NCBI GenBank assembly: GCA_049318245.1
Contig: JBMOGS010000003.1
Coordinates: 2,311-66,310, forward strand
Length of the DNA: 64,000 bases
Reading direction: 5' to 3'
Source: Phycisphaerales bacterium
Lineage (GTDB): Bacteria > Planctomycetota > Phycisphaerae > Phycisphaerales > SM1A02
The position numbers and the translations under genes were made by a program. Of this stretch, positions 1 through 8,817 are shown in pieces (the first letter of the stretch is position 1; each line of letters opens with the position of its first letter). Under the pieces are notes generated by a model. It searched no databases, was not told the origin of the DNA, and worked only from the letters and a program-made list of their open reading frames with translations.

Positions 1-555
1 GTAGGCGGGGATCCGTGGCAACCAATCACGAGCGCTGCTGGCAGCACTAGAAGCGAAAGCGGACGGAGTAATTGTGTCTTCACCGGATACCTCACGAGAG
101 TAGGGGGCGGCTCAAATCAGAGATCTGAACGTGACGTGAGTCTATCGCGAGATTCACGCGCTTTCCGGCTCGGTTATGACTCTGACCAAGGGGGGTCGGC
201 TCTGTGTCCTAACTGGCTCTCGAGTCGTCATAGCCGAGCCGTGGAACGCCCCAAACAGCTCCCCCGAGCACCAAAGCCGAGGCCTTGCCTCCGCGTTCGC
301 CAAAATTGAGCCGCACTCGCACGCGTCTCTTTGGCCAACCTTAAGAGCCACGTCATCTCGAATCACTCCGCAAAACAGCTGCAATTTCAGGCGTGCCAAA
401 CGAAGACGCCAGGCTTTTCGGCTGCGGCGTCCGCTCTCAACTGGGCGGCCGCGCGCTTTCGCGTTGGCCTTGTTGGAGTAGAGGGAACCGGACATGAACG
501 CACGCCCGCGCGGTGATGAGCCGCCGCGTGCCCGAGCGCACGATCCGGCCAGCGC

Positions 556-1050
556 TCAGGGCTTCGCGTCTGCATCACCGGGCTTGGCAGCGCCCTGGCC
601 GATCAACCAGATCGTGCGCTGCACGATCGGCATCAGCGCCTGCTCGTCCAGCGCCTCGTCAGGATCGTTCCAGGTCGCCACCACCGCGAACCACGCCCCG
701 TCCGCCCGCTTCAGCAGAAAGCTGAGGTTCAGCACGCCGGGTTCCGAGCCTCCCTTGAAGCCCGCCCACGGAAACTGCGTCGTCGAGATGTCGAGACCGC
801 GCGAGATCGCGAGCGCGCCACGCAGCAGGCATGCATCGCTGCCCGGCGCGCCCTCCGTGTTGCGACGCAGCCACTCCATGGCGCGGCAGAGGTCGGATGC
901 GCTTGCGAACCACTCGATCGAGTCGATGCGGTTGGGGCCGCCGAACGCCGACGGGTCCAGCGGGTCGCGGATGAGTATCGGTTTTCGGCAGTCCGTTCTG
1001 GAGAAGGACGCGGCGACCGATTCCGCAGGTGCACTCCCGCAACCCCAACG
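556..1050 (-). pseudogene. 5'-truncated serine hydrolase (beta-lactamase fold), C-terminal half only
   Basis: The C-terminal ~165 aa of minus ORF 556..1338 (…SASDLCRAMEWL…FPWAGFKGGSEPGVLNLSFLLKRADGAWFAVVATWND…) resemble the C-terminal half of class-A-like serine hydrolases (KTG-like KGG box, then the beta strands). No SxxK-containing N-terminal half is present. The upstream part of the ORF is merely antisense to the polA fragment. Confidence 0.4.
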
Positions 1051-1063
1051 AGCGTGCCCTTTA

Positions 1064-1334
1064 GGTTCGCGTATGGCGATCAACATCGCGGTGCAGGGCA
1101 GTGCAGCCGACCTGATCAAGGTGGCCATGGTTCGGGTCGATCGCGAGCTGGCAGAGGTTTCCCCTATAGACCCACCTGCTGCTGCAGGTGCACGACGAAC
1201 TGCTGTTACAGGTCCCCGAGGCGCAGCCGCACGCCGTGCTCGAACGCATGCAGCGCACCATGGAATCGGCCATAACCCGGTCCGTGCCGCTGAAGGCCGA
1301 CGGCAGCATTGGATACGACTGGTTCGAGTCCTGA
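1064..1334 (+). pseudogene. polA: DNA polymerase I (polA) 3'-terminal fragment with an internal frameshift
   Basis: Frame 2 reads RMAINIAVQGSAADLIKVAMVRVDRELAE. After a shift near 1165-1175, frame 0 reads LLLQVHDELLLQVPEAQPHAVLERMQRTMESAITRSVPLKADGSIGYDWFES*. These match Pol I family A motifs B/C (AIN.P.QGSAAD; QVHDEL) and the extreme C-terminus. There is no upstream polymerase or exonuclease sequence. Confidence 0.6.
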
Positions 1335-1448
1335 GCATCCGTGGGGGAATCCCGGTGGAAACACGGCTATCCGGCCCCGGGCGGAACGCCGGATGAACCC
1401 CATTCAGGATTCGTTACATTTGCCGCCCCCGAAGTTCGGTTCGGTGTT

Positions 1449-1523
1449 GGGGCGATGGCGAACGTTGGTTAGACTGCTGTCATGTTGCGTCGGTGGTTGC
1501 GGGTTCGATTCCCGTCCGCCTCG
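1449..1523 (+). tRNA. tRNA-like element, probably a decayed tRNA (anticodon position reads GTT, Asn)
   Basis: By hand folding, acceptor ggggcga / ccgcctc gives 6 of 7 pairs. T8, A14, G18G19 and A21 are present. The T arm is gcggg-TTCGATT-cccgt. The anticodon stem ctgtc/gtcgg has one T-T mismatch, with loop aTGTTgc. The D stem (gcga/gact) does not pair, and no CCA is encoded. Confidence 0.35.
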
Positions 1524-1580
1524 CTTCAGGACTAACTTTTCCAGCCGTCCTCGATTTCGACGGCTTGCCCGGAGCGCTCC

Positions 1581-2423
1581 GTGTCCGAATGGTATTACAG
1601 GATCGCGGGAACACGGCGGGGGCCGGTGAGGTCCTCGCAACTTCGCCAACTGGCGAGAGCCGGAGAGATCACGCCCGACACGCCTGTTTGGAGGGAGGGG
1701 CTGGATTCATGGATACCCGCGTCACGGCTGAAAGGTCTGTTCGCGCCGGGGACTGGTGCTTCGGAGCCAGAAGCGGCGTCCACTTCATGCGCCTCTGATG
1801 GGTCCGCTCTCGGCGTCGGTGACGATTGTCTGGCTGCCAAGGCTGGGCTGCCTCCTCCGTCGACGGTCGGGAATGGCGAAGCGATTCGCTCCCCTCTGTT
1901 GGGGGGCGAGCGGAGACTACGGCTTTGGGGGGAGCGTCGGCCAGCGTCCGATTACGGGGTGCTTCGGTATGTGGGTGCCACGATCGCGAGCCTGGGGTGG
2001 GGATTGATTTGGATCGCTCATCTTCTATCGGTGTGCTTTCTTTTTCCACTTCTTCCCAAGTCGATGCTTGTCTATGTTTTGGCAATCATCCTCCCGTCTG
2101 TCATGAGAGGCATGCTGCCGAAGCTCGCACGGAATAGTTCGCTGTGGTTTGCCGTGGTGCTTTGGGCACTGCCTGTTGTTGGTTTCATTAGCCTCTTTGT
2201 CAGGCTGGTGCCGAGAGCTGGCGGGTTGGCTTCTGGATTCGATTTCTACGCGCTGCCGCCCCTGGTTGGAGTATGTCTGGTTCCCGTGATATTGGCGATG
2301 GCGGGCATCTTCGTGATCGGTTTCGGCGAGTTTCTTCAGGCCGGTGCGGATGTCGCGAGCAATTCATGGGCTCCATCCGCTCCTCGTGAGGGAATCCGGA
2401 ACGAACCAATGCCCTCGCGGTGA
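1581..2423 (+). CDS. GYF_2 (DUF4339) domain membrane protein
   Basis: The N-terminus SEWYYRIAGTRRGPVRSSQLRQLARAGEITPDTPVWREGLDSWIPASRL matches the GYF_2 pattern. The C-terminal half has several hydrophobic TM-like segments. The gene is locally low in GC (45% in 2041-2100 by hand count). Confidence 0.7.
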   Translation: MSEWYYRIAGTRRGPVRSSQLRQLARAGEITPDTPVWREGLDSWIPASRLKGLFAPGTGASEPEAASTSCASDGSALGVGDDCLAAKAGLPPPSTVGNGEAIRSPLLGGERRLRLWGERRPASDYGVLRYVGATIASLGWGLIWIAHLLSVCFLFPLLPKSMLVYVLAIILPSVMRGMLPKLARNSSLWFAVVLWALPVVGFISLFVRLVPRAGGLASGFDFYALPPLVGVCLVPVILAMAGIFVIGFGEFLQAGADVASNSWAPSAPREGIRNEPMPSR

Positions 2424-2450
2424 TGAGCCACGGCGCCAATCCTCTTCCGA

Positions 2451-2774
2451 TCAACCCAACTTCTTGCCTTGCACCACGCGCTTCCGCTCCTTCGTGAACT
2501 TCCACCACGGCATCGGCTTGCCGCCGCGCGCCTGATGGATGATCGCCATGAACACGTCGATCACGCACGGGTCGTGTCGCTTGCCGGTGCGGCGGCACAG
2601 CGAGCGGTAAAGGGCCAGGGCATCGCGCCGTGCGAGCTGGCACACGGTACGGATGCCAAGCTGATGCAGATCGCCGAGCGTAGCGGGGCCCACGTTGGCA
2701 AGATCGCTCAGTTGCAGCATGGGCGTGGTGCGCTTGCCGGCTTTCGTGCGCATTGGCGCTTTGCGCGTCGGCAT
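2451..2774 (-). CDS. helix-hairpin-helix domain protein (Cdd1 / TfoX C-terminal-like)
   Basis: LSDLANVGPATLGDLHQLGIRTVCQLARRDALALYRSL is a typical HhH motif. The gene lies 7 nt downstream of uppS on the same strand. Confidence 0.6.
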   Translation of the reverse strand: MPTRKAPMRTKAGKRTTPMLQLSDLANVGPATLGDLHQLGIRTVCQLARRDALALYRSLCRRTGKRHDPCVIDVFMAIIHQARGGKPMPWWKFTKERKRVVQGKKLG

Positions 2775-2781
2775 GGTCGCG

Positions 2782-3531
2782 CTACTGCGCCTTCAACCCC
2801 CCAAACGTCCGCTGCCTTCCCGCGAAATCCCGAAACGCCCGCTCCAGGTCCTCGACTCCGAAATCGGGCCACAGCGTCTCGGTCACATGCAGCTCCGCGT
2901 AGCTGATCTGCCACAGCAGGAAGTTGCTCACGCGCATCTGGCCCGCCGTGCGGATGAGCAGGTCAGGGTCAGGCAGGCCCGACGTGCCGAGATGCGCGCT
3001 GATGGTCGCCTCGTCGATCGCGGCCGGCTCGAGCGCGCCTTGCTTCGCCTTCGCCGCGATCGCGCGCACCGCATCCACGATCTCGGCACGCGCCCCGTAG
3101 TTCAGCGCCAGCGACAGCGTCATGCCCGTGCCGTGCGCGGTGGCGCGCTCGGTCTCGTCGAGCAGCGCCAGCACCTCGGCGGGCATGCCTTCGCGGCGAC
3201 CGATGCGCCGGAACCTGATGCCGTTCTGCAGCATCACCGGCAGCTCGCTCTTCAGGTGCTCCTGCAGCAGCGTCATGAGCGCGGCCACCTCGTCTGCGGG
3301 GCGGCTCCAGTTCTCGCTGCTGAAGCTGTACAGCGTGAGTGCCTCGATCTTGCGCTCGGCACACGCGGTCACGATGCGACGGACGGTCTTGCTGCCCTCG
3401 TGGTGGCCCATCACGCGCGCAAGGCCGCGGCGCTGGGCCCAGCGGCCGTTGCCATCCATGATGATGGCCACATGGCGCGGCAGGGGTGCGATGGTTCGCG
3501 GCGCGATCGGGCTGTCGGTGGCGCCGGTCAT
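2782..3531 (-). CDS. uppS: isoprenyl transferase (undecaprenyl diphosphate synthase)
   Basis: HVAIIMDGNGRWAQRRGL…GHHEGSK…LTLYSFSSENWSRPADEV…RTAGQMRVSNFLLWQISYAEL are UppS hallmark motifs. The start is placed at MTGATDS; the longer ORF overlaps purA. Confidence 0.93.
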   Translation of the reverse strand: MTGATDSPIAPRTIAPLPRHVAIIMDGNGRWAQRRGLARVMGHHEGSKTVRRIVTACAERKIEALTLYSFSSENWSRPADEVAALMTLLQEHLKSELPVMLQNGIRFRRIGRREGMPAEVLALLDETERATAHGTGMTLSLALNYGARAEIVDAVRAIAAKAKQGALEPAAIDEATISAHLGTSGLPDPDLLIRTAGQMRVSNFLLWQISYAELHVTETLWPDFGVEDLERAFRDFAGRQRTFGGLKAQ

Positions 3532-3538
3532 GGGCAGG

Positions 3539-4870
3539 TCACGCGCCCGCCACGGCGGCCTCGAGCGTCTGGCGTCGATCAGGCCCCACGCCCACCATCT
3601 CGATGGGCAGGTCCAGGATCTGCTCGATGTGGTCGAGGTATCGGCGCGCGTTCGCGGGCAGCGCGGCGCGGTCCTCGGCGTCGCGGATCGGCTCGCTCCA
3701 GCCGGGCAGGGTCTCGTAGATCGCCGTGGCGCCCTCAAGCCGGTGCGCGTCGGGAATGAAGCGGTCCGTCTTGCGGCCATCGGGCAGCCGGTAGCCGGTG
3801 CAGATCTTCAGTTCATCCACGCCGCTCAGCACATCGAGCAGCGTGCAGGCGATGCCCGTGGCGCCGCAGATCATGCTGGCGTAGCGCACCGCGACCAGAT
3901 CGAGCCAGCCCACGCGACGCGGCCGACCCGTGGTGGTGCCGAACTCGCGGCCGCGCGTGCGGATGCCGTCGCCGATCGCATCGAGCAGCTCGGTGGGGAA
4001 CGGCCCGCCGCCCACGCGGGTGCTGTAGGCCTTCATGATGCCGAGCACGCGCCCGATGGTGCGCATGGGCAGGCCCGTGCCCGCGGGAATGCCCAGCGTG
4101 CTGCAGTTGCTGCTTGTGACGTATGGGTAGGTGCCGTGATCGATGTCGAGCAGGCTCGCGTTCGCGCCCTCGAACAGCAGGCGGCGGCCCGCCTTCACGG
4201 CGTCGTGCAGGCCGTAGACGGTGTCGGTGACATGCGGGCGCAGTCGCTCGCCAGCCTCGGCGAAGCGCGCGGCCAGCGCGTCGGGGTCGAGCGGCGGGGC
4301 TTGCACGCCGAGAGCCTTGAGTTCGCGCGAGCGCAGCCCACAGATCACGCGCAGGCGCTCGCGCAGGTACGCGGCGTCGAGCAGGTCGCCCATTCGGATC
4401 GCGGTCGAGCGGTCGACCTTGTCGCCATAGGCCGGGCCGATGCCGCGACGCGTGGTGCCGATGGCCAGACTGCCCGCATCGCCGCTGGTCACGCCCGCCA
4501 TGAAGTCTTCCAGTGCCGCGTCCTGTTCCTTGTGATAGGGCATCACCACGTGGGCGCGGTCGCTCACGAGCAGGTTGTCTGCCACGCGAACCCCGCGTGC
4601 GCGCAGGCCCGCGATCTCCTGCAGCAGCTTTTCGGGGTCGACCACCACGCCGTTGCCGATCACGCAGATCTTGTCGGGGTGCAGGATGCCGCTCGGGACC
4701 AGATGCAGCGCGTAGCGCTCGCTGCCCACCTGCACGCTGTGGCCGGCGTTCGCGCCGCCGTTGTAGCGCACGATCACGTCGTGGCGACTGGTGAGCAGAT
4801 CCACGATCTTGCCCTTGCCTTCGTCGCCCCATTGCAGGCCCACCACCGCTGTTGCGTTTCCGTCGATCAC
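3539..4870 (-). CDS. purA: adenylosuccinate synthase
   Basis: VVGLQWGDEGKGKIVDLL, GTTRRGIGPAY and TTGRPRRVGWLD are PurA signature motifs. GTG start. Confidence 0.95.
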   Translation of the reverse strand: MIDGNATAVVGLQWGDEGKGKIVDLLTSRHDVIVRYNGGANAGHSVQVGSERYALHLVPSGILHPDKICVIGNGVVVDPEKLLQEIAGLRARGVRVADNLLVSDRAHVVMPYHKEQDAALEDFMAGVTSGDAGSLAIGTTRRGIGPAYGDKVDRSTAIRMGDLLDAAYLRERLRVICGLRSRELKALGVQAPPLDPDALAARFAEAGERLRPHVTDTVYGLHDAVKAGRRLLFEGANASLLDIDHGTYPYVTSSNCSTLGIPAGTGLPMRTIGRVLGIMKAYSTRVGGGPFPTELLDAIGDGIRTRGREFGTTTGRPRRVGWLDLVAVRYASMICGATGIACTLLDVLSGVDELKICTGYRLPDGRKTDRFIPDAHRLEGATAIYETLPGWSEPIRDAEDRAALPANARRYLDHIEQILDLPIEMVGVGPDRRQTLEAAVAGA

Positions 4871-4920
4871 GGGTCAGATGCTAGCCAACCCGTGTTGGCA
4901 TTCCGCATAGGCTTTCCCCG

Positions 4921-6126
4921 ATGCCGCAGGGTGATGTCACGCTCCCGCAGGCCGGCTCGCCGGCGCCCTCGCTGGCCGAGGCCCTCGATGCGGGCACGGC
5001 GGCGTTTCGCGGCGCCTATCTCCACGTGCCGTTCTGTCGGCACAAGTGTCACTACTGTGACTTCTACAGCTTCGTCGATGGCGAGGGTCGGCAGCGCGCG
5101 TTCGTCGATCGGGCGAAGCGGGAACTGGAAGCGTGGTCGCCCAGGGTGACTGCGCCGCTCGAGACGCTCTTCATGGGTGGCGGCACGCCGACCATGCTCG
5201 CGCCGGAAGAGCTGCGCGAGTTGCTCGGTGCGGTGCGCTCCGCCTTCCCGTGGCAGGCCGATGCGGAATGGACCGTCGAGGCGAACCCCGAAACCGTGAC
5301 GCCCGAGATCGCCGCGGCGCTCGTGGCATCGGGTGTCTCGCGCGTGTCGATGGGCGCGCAGAGCTTTCAGCCGCGGCTGTTGCAGGCACTCGAGCGCACG
5401 CATGACCCGGCGTCGGTGGGGCAGGCGGTTGCGCACTTGCGCGCGGCTGGCATGGGGCAGGTGAACCTGGACCTGATCTATGCCGTGCCGGGCGGAACCC
5501 TGGATGAATGGCGCGATGACCTTCGCCGCACGCTCGAACTGGCCCCTGACCACGTCAGCTGCTACGGCCTGATGTACGAGTCGAACACGCCGCTCGGCCA
5601 GCGCCACGCGAAGGGCCACGTGCAGGCCGTGCCGGAGGAACTCGAGGTCGCCATGCACGAGGCCGCGTGCGAGGCGCTCGGTGCCGCCGGCTTCGAGCAC
5701 TACGAGATCAGCAACTGGTCGCGCCCCGGCAAGCGCTGCCGCCACAACGAGCTTTACTGGCGCAACGACGACTGGCTCGCGGTGGGCCCGAGCGCGAGCG
5801 GCCACGCGAGCGGGTTGCGATGGCGCAACGTGCCGCGCCTCGGGGACTGGCTTGCGTCGGGCCCCTGGTCGCCGGTGCAGGACATGGAACGCCTTGACGC
5901 CGATGGCCGCGTGGGTGAGGCCTTCATGATGGGGCTGCGCCTGCTTGACGGCATGCCCGAATCGCGCGTCCAGGAACTGCTTGCGTCCGGAACCCGGGCC
6001 ACCCTGCGGCGCCTGGCGATCGCGCGGCATGTGGAGGCTGGCCTGCTCGAATGGAGCGGAGGCACGCTTCGCCTGAACGCGCGTGGTCGGATGCTGGCCA
6101 GCGAGGTGGCGATGGATCTGCTGTAG
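4921..6126 (+). CDS. hemW: radical SAM heme chaperone / coproporphyrinogen III oxidase family protein
   Basis: YLHVPFCRHKCHYCDF is the CxxxCxxC radical SAM motif. The length and C-terminal HemN_C-like region fit HemW. Confidence 0.88.
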   Translation: MPQGDVTLPQAGSPAPSLAEALDAGTAAFRGAYLHVPFCRHKCHYCDFYSFVDGEGRQRAFVDRAKRELEAWSPRVTAPLETLFMGGGTPTMLAPEELRELLGAVRSAFPWQADAEWTVEANPETVTPEIAAALVASGVSRVSMGAQSFQPRLLQALERTHDPASVGQAVAHLRAAGMGQVNLDLIYAVPGGTLDEWRDDLRRTLELAPDHVSCYGLMYESNTPLGQRHAKGHVQAVPEELEVAMHEAACEALGAAGFEHYEISNWSRPGKRCRHNELYWRNDDWLAVGPSASGHASGLRWRNVPRLGDWLASGPWSPVQDMERLDADGRVGEAFMMGLRLLDGMPESRVQELLASGTRATLRRLAIARHVEAGLLEWSGGTLRLNARGRMLASEVAMDLL

Positions 6127-6143
6127 ATCCGCCGCGGCCTGAT

Positions 6144-6548
6144 TCAGCGGTTCGAGAGCAGCGTGGCCAACGCGGGCTCATCGGCCTCGTCGACCCAGAC
6201 CATCGCCGAGACGGCCCCATCCAGCACGATCGACTGCATCACCTCGATGTTGATGCCGGCCTGGGCAATCGCGTCCAGCGCGGCAATCAGGCCGCCGCCA
6301 TGCGCCGGTTCGGCCAGCAGGAACGCCGACTGCTCGAACGCGTTCATGTCGGAATCCCGGCTGAAGCTCCGGAACTGTTCGGCACTGGCCGGGATGCAGT
6401 GGAAGCCGGCGGTGTGACGGCCATGCACCGGTCCCCACATGCCGAGCATCTCGATATCGGCCTCTCGCAGTCGAGCCGCCAGACTCGCGAGCGCGCCCGG
6501 CCTGTCGGGCAACCGGATCACGAAGTCGGACACCTTCTGCCAACGCAT
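6144..6548 (-). CDS. ACT domain-containing protein
   Basis: A 134-aa ORF with a repeated DRPGALASLAARL… / GGLIAALDAIAQAGINI ACT-like pattern. Confidence 0.6.
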   Translation of the reverse strand: MRWQKVSDFVIRLPDRPGALASLAARLREADIEMLGMWGPVHGRHTAGFHCIPASAEQFRSFSRDSDMNAFEQSAFLLAEPAHGGGLIAALDAIAQAGINIEVMQSIVLDGAVSAMVWVDEADEPALATLLSNR

Positions 6549-6580
6549 GACGGAATGCTACCGCCGCGCGCCGGGTTCGT

Positions 6581-7522
6581 ATGCACTACGCTTGCGGCAT
6601 GCGTTCACTGCGCCGACTGATGGAGGAATCGATCGACTACGCGGGCCTCTTTCCGCCCGCGGAACTTTCCATGCGCGCCACGGTGGAGCACTTCGCGCGC
6701 CACCGCGCGTCGCCAAGCCGATGGATGCTTGCGCGGCTGGTGGTCCCCGTGAAGCGCCTCGAGGAGTTCGACCGCGCCGCCGTGGACCTCTTCCCGAAGA
6801 CCGGAAGTGCCGCGCGCGATGACGCGTGGCGGCTCACGGCGCTGGTGAGCGGCCTGCACGAGCCGGCGCTCGATCGCGAGCTCGAGATCATCGATGAATT
6901 CAACGCCGCCTACAGCCGCAAGGGGGGCACCGCGGCGGTGATCGACGCGATCGAGACGCGCGCCATCGACGGCGCCACGGTCGCGGCGGGTCTGGAGCGC
7001 ATTCCCGAGGGATTCGAGGCGTGGGTCGAGATCCCGTGGGACCGTGATCCGCGCGGCGCGATCGCGGCGCTGGGCGGATACGACGCCGGCGCGAAGGTTC
7101 GAACGGGGGGCACGGCCGCGGCGGCGCATCCCACGCCCGAGCAGCTCGCGCTGTTCATCGACGCGGCGGCGGCCGCCGACGTTCCGTTGAAGGCGACGGC
7201 CGGTCTGCATCACCCCGCGCGCGGCGTGAACGCCGCGGTCGGCTGCGATCAGTTCGGGTTCTTCGGCGTCTACGTGGGCGCCTGCCTGCGATTCCATGGC
7301 CGGCTCGATCGGGCGGGGCTGGTGAGGATCCTCGAGGAGCGCGACGTGAAGAGCTTCCGCTTCGATGAGGAGGGACTGGAGTGGCGCGGGCATCGCCTGT
7401 CGCTGCGCGAGATCGATGCGGCACGTCACGCCTTCATGAAGACGTTCGGCAGCTGCAGCTTCGACGAGCCGGAGGCCGACCTGCGATCGCTTGGGCTGCT
7501 GCCGAAGGAGGCGAAGGTCTGA
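6581..7522 (+). CDS. conserved protein of unknown function, translationally coupled to fahA
   Basis: A 313-aa ORF with coding-like GC3. Motifs include IDYAGLFPPA, AKVRTGG and PLKATAGLHHP. Its TGA stop overlaps the fahA ATG (ATGA at 7520-7524). The start is uncertain; alternative ATGs are at 6599 and 6620. Confidence 0.7.
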   Translation: MHYACGMRSLRRLMEESIDYAGLFPPAELSMRATVEHFARHRASPSRWMLARLVVPVKRLEEFDRAAVDLFPKTGSAARDDAWRLTALVSGLHEPALDRELEIIDEFNAAYSRKGGTAAVIDAIETRAIDGATVAAGLERIPEGFEAWVEIPWDRDPRGAIAALGGYDAGAKVRTGGTAAAAHPTPEQLALFIDAAAAADVPLKATAGLHHPARGVNAAVGCDQFGFFGVYVGACLRFHGRLDRAGLVRILEERDVKSFRFDEEGLEWRGHRLSLREIDAARHAFMKTFGSCSFDEPEADLRSLGLLPKEAKV

Positions 7523-8817
7523 TGGCGCCGCGAAGCTGGGTGGAAAGCGCCAACCTGACGGGATGCGACTTCCCGCTGGAGCACCTGCCGTGGGGACGCT
7601 TCGAGAGGTCGAGTCATCCCGGCGAGTGGCACCTGGGCGTGGCGATCGGCACGAAGGCACTCGACCTGACGGCGTTCGCCCGCGCGGGGCACTGCGGCGC
7701 CCTGGATCCGATGCTGCGCGAGGCGCTGCGCAAGGGATGCGGGAACGCGTTTCTGGCGCTGGGACGTCCGGCGTGGAGTCAGGCCCGGCGCTGGATCCAG
7801 CGGCTGCTCTCGGCCGACGAGCCCGCGCTGCGCGACCGCGGCGATCGTGATCGCTTCATCGCCAGTCAGGACCAGCTGCGCATGGCGATGTTCGCGGAGG
7901 TGGGCGACTACACCGACTTCTACGCGAGCATCCACCACGCCACGAACGTCGGGAGCATGTTCCGGCCCGACAATCCGCTGCTGCCGAACTGGCGACATGT
8001 GCCGATCGGCTACCACGGCCGCGCCAGCACGCTGGTGCCAAGCGGCACCGCGGTGCGCCGTCCGTGCGGTCAGACCAGTGCGGCCGACGCGGGTCCGCCG
8101 AGTTTCGGTCCATGCCGACTGCTGGACTACGAACTGGAAGTGGGCGTGGTGCTGGGACCGGGCAACGAGCAGGGCGACCGCATCGACATCGCGTCCGCCC
8201 GCGATCGCCTCTTCGGCATCTGCCTGGTCAACGACTGGAGCGCCCGCGACATCCAGAAGTGGGAATACGTTCCGCTGGGACCCTTCACCGCGAAGAACTT
8301 CTCCACGAGCGTGGGCGCCTGGGTCACGCCGTTCGAGGCGATCGAGCCATGGATGGAGCCCGGTCCCGTGCGCGACGCGGCCGCGCCGGAGAACCTCGCC
8401 TACCTGCGGTGGAAGGACGACTTCACCTTCGATCTGAAGCTGCAGGTGCTGCTGCGGAGCGCCCGCATGCGCGAGCAGGGCATGCCCGCGATGCAGGTCA
8501 GCCTTGGCACCTATCGCGACATGTACTGGACCTTCGCGCAGATGCTGGCGCATCACGCGAGCACCGGGTGCGCCATGCGGCCTGGTGACCTGCTTGCGAG
8601 CGGAACCGTCAGCGGTCCCACGCCGGACAGTCGCGGCTGTCTGCTGGAGCGCACGTGGCGCGGGACCGAGCCGCTTTCGCTGCCGGATGGCACGCAACGA
8701 AAGTTCCTCGAGGATGGCGACGAGGTGATCCTGCGCGGCTGGTTCGACGGCAAGGGCTCCGTGTCGCGCATCGGACTTGCCGAGTGCCGAGGTGTCGTGC
8801 TGCCTGCGCTGGCCTAG
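7522..8817 (+). CDS. fahA: fumarylacetoacetase
   Basis: FPLEHLPWGRF…DFYASIHHATNVGSMFRPDNPLLPNW…PIGYHGRAS…DYELEVGVVLG…LVNDWSARDIQKWEYVPLGPF is the typical FAH family sequence. The start is placed at MAPRSWV. Confidence 0.93.
   Translation: MAPRSWVESANLTGCDFPLEHLPWGRFERSSHPGEWHLGVAIGTKALDLTAFARAGHCGALDPMLREALRKGCGNAFLALGRPAWSQARRWIQRLLSADEPALRDRGDRDRFIASQDQLRMAMFAEVGDYTDFYASIHHATNVGSMFRPDNPLLPNWRHVPIGYHGRASTLVPSGTAVRRPCGQTSAADAGPPSFGPCRLLDYELEVGVVLGPGNEQGDRIDIASARDRLFGICLVNDWSARDIQKWEYVPLGPFTAKNFSTSVGAWVTPFEAIEPWMEPGPVRDAAAPENLAYLRWKDDFTFDLKLQVLLRSARMREQGMPAMQVSLGTYRDMYWTFAQMLAHHASTGCAMRPGDLLASGTVSGPTPDSRGCLLERTWRGTEPLSLPDGTQRKFLEDGDEVILRGWFDGKGSVSRIGLAECRGVVLPALA

Noticed and set aside
154-495. 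Overlapping 113-aa (minus strand) and 101-aa (plus strand) ORFs in the low-GC leader of the window.
   Set aside because: Neither shows a recognisable motif or a consistent codon bias, and they overlap each other on opposite strands. I left the region unannotated, though a degraded foreign gene cannot be excluded.
3122-5149. A 675-aa plus-strand ORF, plus several other ORFs of 100-340 aa in the same region.
   Set aside because: They are antisense to, or out of frame with, uppS, purA and hemW, which have unambiguous signature motifs. The composition is low-complexity Arg/Ala/Pro.
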